From an uncultured Sphingobacteriaceae bacterium (lineage in GTDB: Bacteria; Bacteroidota; Bacteroidia; Sphingobacteriales; Sphingobacteriaceae), in the NCBI GenBank assembly GCA_964546645.1, contig CAZJKM010000035.1, positions 1,233 through 24,704 of the forward strand: a stretch of DNA of 23,472 bases, read 5' to 3'. The notes beneath the pieces were generated by a model. It was not told the DNA's origin. It worked only from the letters and a program-made list of their open reading frames with translations, and ran no database searches. Of the stretch, positions 16,699-23,472 are shown one piece after another. The translations under genes were made by a program, and so were the position numbers. Position 1 is the first letter of the stretch; each line of letters begins with the position of its first letter.

Positions 16699-16769
16699 CC
16701 TTTTAGCTTTCCCGCAAGGCATATTTTTTGCGTATATTTACCCATAGATATGCGGATTATATCGTTAAT

Positions 16770-19295
16770 ATGCCGGACAATAAAAAGGAAGTAACAGGTA
16801 GCGTACGCAGAAAAGTGATTTTTGTGTTCCTCTGCTGTTGTGCCGCACTGGTACTGGCCTGGCTTACCAGTCGCGTAGCGTTCCGCGAAATGCTGGATAC
16901 GGTGGACAGCATTTCGACGCCGGATGTTAAACTGGGCCTGGTCAGTAAGGTAAGCCGCGATATTATGCAGCTTGATCAGTTGCAGCGGTCACAGGCACTA
17001 CTGAATAGCCGGGCTTCTTATCAAAGTTTCAACACGGAATCAGCCGCTATTTCCCGTTCGCTCGACTCGCTGATCAGTCATTATCATGGAAATGAGGTGC
17101 AGATCCGGCGGATAGACTCTATCAGGACCCTACTGAAGCGGCGCGACCGGTTATTTGATGAATACATCAAAGTACGGCAGAAATTGGTAAGCGGCGAAGG
17201 GTTTGCCGAGCAACTGAGCTCACTGAACAGCCTGATTTATCTGCCTGCGCAGGACAGTACCGTGGTTACAACGGAAAAAAAGATCAGCTCATCAACTACC
17301 ATAGCCGCGACCAAAGAGGAAGAAGACGAACGCGGATTTTTAGCCCGTGTTTTTGGCGGAAGAAAGAAAAAACAGACGCCCCCTGAAGAACGGCAGACGA
17401 TACGTGAAGAGATACAGGTAACAATAGACAGTATCGGCAGATTGAGGAACGACAGTGCTATTGCACAGATCGACAGCACCATGCAGGAAATCCGTGAAAA
17501 CCAACGGAGACAGAGTGAAACGTTCATTACCCGTGAAATAGAACTGACCCTGGCCGGCAACGCGCTGATCAGTACCATGCTGAATATATTGCAAATCGTA
17601 GAGAACGAGGCGATGAAACAGCTGATGGCTGACAACGAGCAGGCCCGGAACGTAGTCAGCCAAAACGTTATGCGCTTGACTATTATCATCCTGAGCTTCT
17701 TTTTCATCATTTCCATACTCATCTATCTGACATTGACGGATATCCGGCGGAGCAATGCTAACCGAAAAGCACTCGAACAGGCCAAGGAAGAAGCCGAATA
17801 TCACGGCATGGCCAAACAACGTTTCCTTTCCAATATGAGCCATGAGTTGCGAACCCCTTTGCAATCCATTATCGGCTATACCGAGCAGCTACGGCAGGAG
17901 GATAATTATGATCCGGAGAAAGTGGAAATTATTCACCAGTCATCCGAACATTTGCTGCAGATTGTTAATGAGATACTGGACTATAATCGTATCACCTCCG
18001 GTAAAATCATCCTCAATAACCAACCTTTTTCCATCCATCAGGTGCTGAATGAGGTCATAGCTGTTATGCGTTCACACGCAGAAAAAAAGCAGCTGAAGCT
18101 GGAACAGAACAGGCGCATCGCAGGATCCGGCTTTGTAAACGGCGATGCTTTCCGAATCAGACAACTGTTGTTCAACCTGCTGAGCAATGCCATCAAATTC
18201 ACGGAGGCAGGTTCCGTGACGTTGAATATCAGTTCAGCGGTATACGGCAACCGGACACAACTGAATCTGGTGGTAAAGGATACAGGACCGGGTATCGCAC
18301 CGGCCGATATAGAACGTATATTTAACGAATTCGAACAGGCGGAGAATGCGGATTCGGGTGTTCATTTCGGCAGCGGTCTGGGGCTGAGTATTGTAAAAAC
18401 AATCTGTGAGAGCATGCAGGGTTCCGTAGAGGTGAAGAGCAAACCCGGATACGGAGCTGCTTTTCATACCAGTCTGTTGCTGGAAACAGCGGAAGAAACT
18501 GACAATACCGCGCTTACAACAGCTGCAGACACGCCGATCGTGCTGCTGCCATCCGAAAGCACTGTATGGATAGTGGATGACGACCGGTTTATCCTGTCAC
18601 TTTGCCAGACCATTCTGAATAAATATCATATCAGACATCGTTGTTTTTCTTCACCGAACGAGGTGCTTACAGCGAAGGTACCTGCAGGATTGCACCGTAT
18701 ATTGTTGGATATACGCCTTCCAGGCAAGAGCGGGCTGGAATTATGTAAAGAACTACGGTTAAAAGTACCCTCCGATACCGGGGTCATCGCATTCACGGCC
18801 CAGGTCATGCCTGAGGAACGGGAGAAATTATTGAAACAGGGGTTTGACGGAATGCTGCTGAAACCGTTTAAAGAATCTGAATTGCTGCAGGCCATAGGCG
18901 CACAAACAACCTCCGCTTATGGCGGAAAAAATACGGCAACACAAAGTGTGACAGAACAGATTGATCTTGAAAAAATACGTCAGCTAACCTATGGCGACGA
19001 ACAACAGCTCAGGCGTATACTGAATCTGTATATCACAGATACCAACGCGGATTTGGCGACACTCAATAACTGTTTTGCTCACTCAGACTGGGAAAATTGT
19101 GCACTGATCCTGCATCGTATGGCCGGCCGTACCGGTCTTATTGGCAATAACAAACTGGCCTTCACCCTTCGAAAACTGGAAATAGACACCAGAAACGGCA
19201 CACCTCCGTCACCGGAAACAATGTCCGCACTTACCCGTGACATCGAATCATTGCTTGGTTTCCTGAAGCAAGAAAATTCAATTTTTGTTTTGTAA
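16770..19295 (+). CDS. Hybrid sensor histidine kinase / response regulator with C-terminal Hpt domain
   Basis: ORF-track start at 16728 is TTG; ATG at 16770 (MPDNKKEV...). Two TM segments flank a ~270-aa predicted periplasmic region. HisKA H-box SHELRTPL, HATPase_c G-boxes (DTGPGI, GSGLGL), REC domain (WIVDDD...LLDIRLPGKSG) and an Hpt-like HRMAGRTGLIGN motif. Confidence 0.85.
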   Translation: MPDNKKEVTGSVRRKVIFVFLCCCAALVLAWLTSRVAFREMLDTVDSISTPDVKLGLVSKVSRDIMQLDQLQRSQALLNSRASYQSFNTESAAISRSLDSLISHYHGNEVQIRRIDSIRTLLKRRDRLFDEYIKVRQKLVSGEGFAEQLSSLNSLIYLPAQDSTVVTTEKKISSSTTIAATKEEEDERGFLARVFGGRKKKQTPPEERQTIREEIQVTIDSIGRLRNDSAIAQIDSTMQEIRENQRRQSETFITREIELTLAGNALISTMLNILQIVENEAMKQLMADNEQARNVVSQNVMRLTIIILSFFFIISILIYLTLTDIRRSNANRKALEQAKEEAEYHGMAKQRFLSNMSHELRTPLQSIIGYTEQLRQEDNYDPEKVEIIHQSSEHLLQIVNEILDYNRITSGKIILNNQPFSIHQVLNEVIAVMRSHAEKKQLKLEQNRRIAGSGFVNGDAFRIRQLLFNLLSNAIKFTEAGSVTLNISSAVYGNRTQLNLVVKDTGPGIAPADIERIFNEFEQAENADSGVHFGSGLGLSIVKTICESMQGSVEVKSKPGYGAAFHTSLLLETAEETDNTALTTAADTPIVLLPSESTVWIVDDDRFILSLCQTILNKYHIRHRCFSSPNEVLTAKVPAGLHRILLDIRLPGKSGLELCKELRLKVPSDTGVIAFTAQVMPEEREKLLKQGFDGMLLKPFKESELLQAIGAQTTSAYGGKNTATQSVTEQIDLEKIRQLTYGDEQQLRRILNLYITDTNADLATLNNCFAHSDWENCALILHRMAGRTGLIGNNKLAFTLRKLEIDTRNGTPPSPETMSALTRDIESLLGFLKQENSIFVL

Positions 19296-19343
19296 CATTT
19301 ACGTAAAATAGGTATCTTACTTCCATAAACTAACGCTGTAATT

Positions 19344-19928
19344 ATGTTGTTAACGATAGCCAGCTGGTGGCAATCCATGGAAGTTCTGGAGAAAACATTC
19401 TGGGTGATCGCACTTCTGTTTTCTTTTCTGTTCATTGTGCAGACTATTATGTCCTTTTTAGGCGGGGATGAAGGAGCATTCGGTGATGCCGATGACTATG
19501 TGGACAGCGATGACGGGATCGACCAGCAGTTTTTTACCATTAAGAATTTTATTACCTTCTTCAGCATCTTTGGCTGGATAGGATTGGCTTGTATGAAAAG
19601 CGGACTGCCTGTCTGGCAGGTGATCATCTGGTCGTTACTGGGTGGCGTTGGTGCAGTAGCGCTGATGATGTTCCTTTTTACCCGGATGTCAAAAATGCGG
19701 GCCAGCGGAACAATGGATATCCGCAAAGCACTCCATCAGCAGGCAGAAACCTATCTGAGCATCCCGCCATCACGGGGGGGCTATGGGAAGGTACATATAC
19801 GACTGCAGGGCTCACTGCGCGAAATGAGGGCCTTAACGGATGATGAAACGATGATCCCTACAGGGAAACCGGTAACCGTGATCGGCATTATCAATGAAAG
19901 TATTCTTTTAGTCACGGGCAAACAATAA
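19344..19928 (+). CDS. NfeD-like inner-membrane protein (YqiJ-like), partner of the downstream flotillin
   Basis: 194 aa with several TM helices and a C-terminal soluble beta-rich segment (GKVHIRLQGSLREMRAL...VTVIGIINESILLV) resembling the NfeD OB-fold. Immediately upstream of a flotillin gene, the conserved NfeD-SPFH arrangement. Confidence 0.65.
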   Translation: MLLTIASWWQSMEVLEKTFWVIALLFSFLFIVQTIMSFLGGDEGAFGDADDYVDSDDGIDQQFFTIKNFITFFSIFGWIGLACMKSGLPVWQVIIWSLLGGVGAVALMMFLFTRMSKMRASGTMDIRKALHQQAETYLSIPPSRGGYGKVHIRLQGSLREMRALTDDETMIPTGKPVTVIGIINESILLVTGKQ

Positions 19929-19996
19929 ACAACTATCATAAACTAATCCATCATTCATAACTTAACATTCATCACTCATCATTCATAACTTAACTC
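19929..19996 (+). repeat. G-free spacer in the opposite orientation to the GATGA-word repeats, containing an 18-bp direct repeat catcattcataacttaac x2
   Basis: Direct-repeat copies at 19949-19966 and 19976-19993. Reverse complement reads ...gttatgaatgatgagtgatgaatg..., the same word family as at 6603 and 15828. Confidence 0.6.
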
Positions 19997-19997
19997 A

Positions 19998-21557
19998 ATG
20001 GAATATCTTTTAATAGCAATTGTCATCGTAGTTATACTGGTATTCGTACTGGTTATATCCATGTTCCGGCGTTATAAACGCTGTCCGTCAGACCGTATAC
20101 TCGTTGTTTACGGTAAAGTAGGTAATGAAAAGGAAGGCTCACGTACGGCAAAATGCATTCATGGCGGTGCAGCCTTTATATGGCCGGTGTTTCAGGACTA
20201 TTCTTTTCTTGACCTCACACCTATATCTATCGAAGTCAACCTCACCAGTGCACTGAGTAAACAGAACATCCGGGTGGACGTACCGTCCCGTTTTACGGTG
20301 GGTATCTCCACGGAACCCGTCGTGATGCAGAATGCGGCCGAGCGGCTGTTAGGAATGCAGCGTCCCCAGGTACATGAGCTCGCTAAAGATATCATTCTCG
20401 GACAAATGCGTCTGGTGGTGGCCATGATGGATATTGAGGAAATTAACAACAACCGCGATAAGTTCCTGCACAACATTGCCAGCAATGTAGAGGCCGAGCT
20501 CAACAAAATCGGTCTCAAGATGATCAACGTAAACGTTACGGACATTAAGGACGAAAGCGGGTATATCGATGCATTGGGTAAGGAGGCGGCCGCTAAAGCC
20601 ATTAATGAAGCCAAAATACGTGTGGCTGAACAAGAGCGGCTCGGGGATGTCGGTAAAACAGAAGCCGAGAAAGAACGTGATATCAAAGTGTCACAAATGC
20701 TGCGGGACCGGGACACCGAGGTAGCTACTGCTGAAAAAGATCGTGAAATTCTGATCGCCGGTGCACACCGGGACGAGAATATTGGTAAAGCGGAGGCAGA
20801 GCGGGATACCCGGGTACGCATGGCTGATGCCAATGCCATCGCCGTGCAGGGAGAAAACCTTTCCAAAATACAGATTGCTACCTCTGACGCGGAACGGCGC
20901 GAAAAAGAGGCCGAAGCCCTACGTATAGCTACTGCAGCCGAAAAAGTACAACAGGCCAAAGCACTGGAAGAAGCTTACAAAGCAGAGCAAAGTGCCGAAA
21001 ATGCACGTGCAGAGCGCGACCGCGCCGCACAGAACGCGTCTATCGTGGTGGGCGCTGAGATACAGAAACAAAAGCTTATCATTGAAGCGCAGGCAGAAGC
21101 CGAGCAGCTCCGCGAGAAAGCACGTGGTGAAGCGGATGCCACTTTTGCCAAACTGGAAGCCGAAGCCCGCGGTATGTATGAGATACTGACGAAACAGGCA
21201 GAAGGCCTGGAGCGCATCGTGAAGTCTGCGGGCAATGATCCTAAAGATGCGGTACTGTTGCTGATTACCGATAAATTGCCGGAACTGGTACGATTGCAGA
21301 CAGAAGCCATTAAGAATATTAAAATTGATAAGGTCACGGTTTGGGACAGCGGTAATAACGGCGAAGACAGCAAGAATTCAACAGCTAATTTTGTATCCGG
21401 TTTATATAAATCCGTTCCGCCATTGAAAGACCTATTCGATATGGCTGGCATGGCACTGCCTGATTACCTGGGCAAAGCGGTAGAAGGCAACAGCAATATA
21501 CCCAAAAGACCTTCGGGAGGTTCCGATAATATCCAGGATGCCGAAGTGGTGAAATAA
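19998..21557 (+). CDS. Flotillin-like SPFH/band-7 protein (YqiK-like)
   Basis: 519 aa. N-terminal TM helix, SPFH domain, long E/A/R/K-rich coiled-coil with degenerate internal repeats (EAEKERD..., AEAERDTR..., AEQLREKARGEADA...). Confidence 0.85.
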   Translation: MEYLLIAIVIVVILVFVLVISMFRRYKRCPSDRILVVYGKVGNEKEGSRTAKCIHGGAAFIWPVFQDYSFLDLTPISIEVNLTSALSKQNIRVDVPSRFTVGISTEPVVMQNAAERLLGMQRPQVHELAKDIILGQMRLVVAMMDIEEINNNRDKFLHNIASNVEAELNKIGLKMINVNVTDIKDESGYIDALGKEAAAKAINEAKIRVAEQERLGDVGKTEAEKERDIKVSQMLRDRDTEVATAEKDREILIAGAHRDENIGKAEAERDTRVRMADANAIAVQGENLSKIQIATSDAERREKEAEALRIATAAEKVQQAKALEEAYKAEQSAENARAERDRAAQNASIVVGAEIQKQKLIIEAQAEAEQLREKARGEADATFAKLEAEARGMYEILTKQAEGLERIVKSAGNDPKDAVLLLITDKLPELVRLQTEAIKNIKIDKVTVWDSGNNGEDSKNSTANFVSGLYKSVPPLKDLFDMAGMALPDYLGKAVEGNSNIPKRPSGGSDNIQDAEVVK

Positions 21558-21574
21558 CCATCACCGGAATAAAT

Positions 21575-21605
21575 AAAAAGAGCGGACCGGGTCCGCTCTT
21601 TTTAT
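21575..21605. terminator. Bidirectional intrinsic terminator between convergent flotillin and sigma-54 regulator genes
   Basis: aaaaaGAGCGGACcggGTCCGCTCttttt: 8-bp GC-rich stem with A5 upstream and T5/TTTATTTATT downstream, so it can terminate transcripts on both strands. Confidence 0.7.
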
Positions 21606-22979
21606 TTATTCGATTCCATATTTTTCCAGCTTGTTATACAGGGTTTTCCGGTCGATATTAAGCAGCTGCGCAGCTTTACTTTTATTATACTTTACTTTCT
21701 GGAGTACTTCAATGATCAGCTTACGCTCATGCGCTTCACTATGCGACTTGAGGTCAACGGCATCCCTTACCGGCTGAGGCGAGGTGGAAGGCCTCATGGA
21801 ATAAACCATCTCATCCGGAAGCGCGGAGACACCCGCTTCACTACCCTGAGTAAGCAATACCATTCGTTTAATGACATTCTTCAGCTCCCGCAAATTGCCG
21901 GGCCAATCATAATTTTCAAAGATATACCTCACCTCATCACTCAATGTTGTTACCCCCCGGCCCAGTTCTTCATTTGCTCTACTGACAAAATAATCAATGA
22001 ATATCGGCAAGTCATTACCGCGATCGCGTAAGGCAGGCACAATAATTTCAAACTCATTGATCCGGTGATAGAGGTCTTCCCTGAATCCACCACTCGCTGT
22101 GCTGCCCAGCAGATCATCATTAGTAGCCGCTATCACCCGCACATCTACCTGGATCTGTTTATTGGCTCCGATAGGTTGGATAACACGCTCTTGCAATGCT
22201 CTTAGTAATTTCACCTGTACATCGTAACTGAGGTTGCCTATTTCATCCAGGAAAAGCGTTCCCCCGTCAGCCTCCTCAAACTGCCCCCGTTTATCCGTAA
22301 GCGCACCCGTAAATGAGCCTTTTATATGCCCAAACAGCTCACTGGCAGCCAACTCTTTAGACAAAGTCCCACAATCAATCGAGATGAACGGCTTATCTGA
22401 ACGGTTGCTGAACTGGTGGATGGCACGGGCCACGTACTCCTTTCCTGTACCGCTTTCGCCACGTACCAGCACAGACATCTCTGTGGGTGCCACGAGCCTG
22501 ATATATTCGTGCAGTTTCCTGGCTGCCTGACTTTTACCCTCCACATACTCCGGCAGGGCACGCAATGCCTGCTTCACCTGTTTAGACGGTTGTACCCGGG
22601 GTGCCCCTCCCATAGCAGGCTCCTGCTTCAGGGCGTCATTCATGATCATTAGCAACTCATCCGGATTCACCGGTTTTGTAATATAGTCAAAAACACCCTG
22701 GCGCATTGCCCGCACCGCCGTACGCACATCATTAAAACTGGTCATGATCACCACGGGCACCTGTATCTTATTCGTACGCATGGCATCCAGTACATCCTGT
22801 CCGGTACCGTCCGACAGCCGGTAATCCAGCAATATCAAATCAAACCGGTCACGACGTAATGCTTCAACCGCACTTTTTACGGTATACTTTATGACGGATT
22901 CGTGGCCATTACGCTTTAAAAACCCTTCCAATATAGCGGAAAACGTCGTATCATCTTCAACCAGCAGTATGTTGGCCAT
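21606..22979 (-). CDS. Sigma-54-dependent response regulator (NtrC family: REC + AAA+ sigma-54 activator + Fis-type HTH)
   Basis: 457 aa. REC N-terminus (LLVEDD...LILLDYRLSDG), Walker A GESGTGKE, GAFTGA-type motif (KGSFTGA), C-terminal HTH (KSKAAQLLNIDRKTLYNKL). Confidence 0.9.
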   Translation of the reverse strand: MANILLVEDDTTFSAILEGFLKRNGHESVIKYTVKSAVEALRRDRFDLILLDYRLSDGTGQDVLDAMRTNKIQVPVVIMTSFNDVRTAVRAMRQGVFDYITKPVNPDELLMIMNDALKQEPAMGGAPRVQPSKQVKQALRALPEYVEGKSQAARKLHEYIRLVAPTEMSVLVRGESGTGKEYVARAIHQFSNRSDKPFISIDCGTLSKELAASELFGHIKGSFTGALTDKRGQFEEADGGTLFLDEIGNLSYDVQVKLLRALQERVIQPIGANKQIQVDVRVIAATNDDLLGSTASGGFREDLYHRINEFEIIVPALRDRGNDLPIFIDYFVSRANEELGRGVTTLSDEVRYIFENYDWPGNLRELKNVIKRMVLLTQGSEAGVSALPDEMVYSMRPSTSPQPVRDAVDLKSHSEAHERKLIIEVLQKVKYNKSKAAQLLNIDRKTLYNKLEKYGIE

Positions 22980-23050
22980 TTGCTATCATCTTATATTTTA
23001 TTTAGAAACGTACCAATTCCTCTTTTTGTTACGTCCGGTTTCAGATTAAT

Positions 23051-23472
23051 TCAACCCTGTTCCATATTCCCGACCACAGCCCGTGCAAATTCACTGGTTT
23101 TCAACAGGGTCGCATCATCCATCTGGTTATAAAAATCAATCGTAACGGTTTTCTCAAGAATCGTCCGCTGCAGCGCCTTTACAATCAGGTCGGCGACATC
23201 CTGCCAACCAATATATTCAAACAGCATCACACCGCTCAGGATCACGGATGACGGATTCATGGTATCTGTATTGGCAAAACGCGGAGCTGTACCATGTGTA
23301 GCTTCAAAAACAGCATGTCCGGTATCATAATTAATATTCCCGCCCGGTGCAATACCAATCCCGCCAACGATCGCCGCCAGTGCATCCGAGATATAATCAC
23401 CATTCAGGTTAAGGGTGGCTATCACACTATAATCCTGCGGGTTCAGCAATATCTGCTGCAGAAAATTGTCGG
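23051..23472 (-). CDS. icd: Isocitrate dehydrogenase (NADP-dependent), C-terminal part; gene continues beyond the window end
   Basis: C-terminal 130+ aa ([26 protein letters not shown]...[79 protein letters not shown]) aligns closely with the C-terminus of bacterial NADP-IDH. The reading frame stays open to position 23472. Confidence 0.85.
   Translation of the reverse strand, partial: DNFLQQILLNPQDYSVIATLNLNGDYISDALAAIVGGIGIAPGGNINYDTGHAVFEATHGTAPRFANTDTMNPSSVILSGVMLFEYIGWQDVADLIVKALQRTILEKTVTIDFYNQMDDATLLKTSEFARAVVGNMEQG

Noticed and set aside
16699-16769. Possible independent promoter for the hybrid kinase (TATATTTA near 16733)
   Set aside because: One-mismatch match to the TAnnTTTG -7 consensus but no correctly spaced -33 element; cannot distinguish from read-through from the trp operon.
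17340-17864. 174-aa and 161-aa minus-strand ORFs inside the hybrid histidine kinase gene
   Set aside because: Antisense to the kinase sensor region; hydrophobic only because they mirror the TM-coding segments.
6590-19996. Possibility that the repeated GATGA-word elements are a CRISPR array or IS terminal repeats
   Set aside because: Copies are tens of kb apart, not regularly spaced, have no unique spacers between short repeats, and no cas, transposase or integrase genes occur anywhere in the window.
20198-20959. 253-aa minus-strand ORF rich in S/A/R inside the flotillin gene
   Set aside because: Antisense reading of the GAA/GCC-rich coiled-coil repeat region; a classic spurious low-complexity ORF.
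1-23472. tRNA, rRNA or other canonical structured RNA genes
   Set aside because: No T-loop (GTTCGAATC-like) or anticodon-stem signatures in any intergenic region; all spacers >60 bp were inspected by eye.

Overview
The window looks like a core chromosomal segment of a Bacteroidota-type genome; an RNase Y–ZapA arrangement, a ThuA/GSDH/cytochrome-c lipoprotein and a σ54-dependent regulator fit that phylum, and I take the lack of Shine-Dalgarno dependence from established knowledge of the group. I see no mobile element, CRISPR array, tRNA/rRNA gene or obvious defence island. Gene content, left to right: an MJ1255-type glycosyltransferase, a small DUF962-like membrane protein, rny (RNase Y), zapA, a small coiled-coil protein, pheT and a radC-like JAMM protein with an upstream membrane-anchored hypothetical, all on the minus strand. 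Next come a secreted His-rich hypothetical (plus strand) converging on a large ThuA-GSDH-PKD-cytochrome c lipoprotein (minus strand), then a partial trp operon trpD-trpF-trpB-trpA (plus strand). After that: a hybrid histidine kinase with REC and Hpt domains, an NfeD-like/flotillin (yqiJ/yqiK-like) pair, a convergent σ54-dependent response regulator, and the 3' end of icd (isocitrate dehydrogenase) running off the window. The most interesting signals are regulatory or structural rather than a new gene system. (1) A 23-codon leader ORF with three consecutive Trp codons, followed by an intrinsic terminator 14 bp upstream of trpD, i.e. a classical ribosome-mediated trp attenuator. It drives a trp operon that lacks trpE, trpG and trpC. 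(2) A family of C-depleted, stop-codon-saturated GATGA/ATGA-word repeats fills intergenic spacers (four loci), one copy forming a perfect 26-bp-stem hairpin. (3) A 35-bp perfect palindrome with A/T-tract flanks lies in the divergent region upstream of the trp leader. (4) An inverted-repeat pair brackets ~117 bp in the unusually long zapA-rny spacer. Several ORF-track starts are TTG/GTG codons; I moved those to the first plausible ATG.
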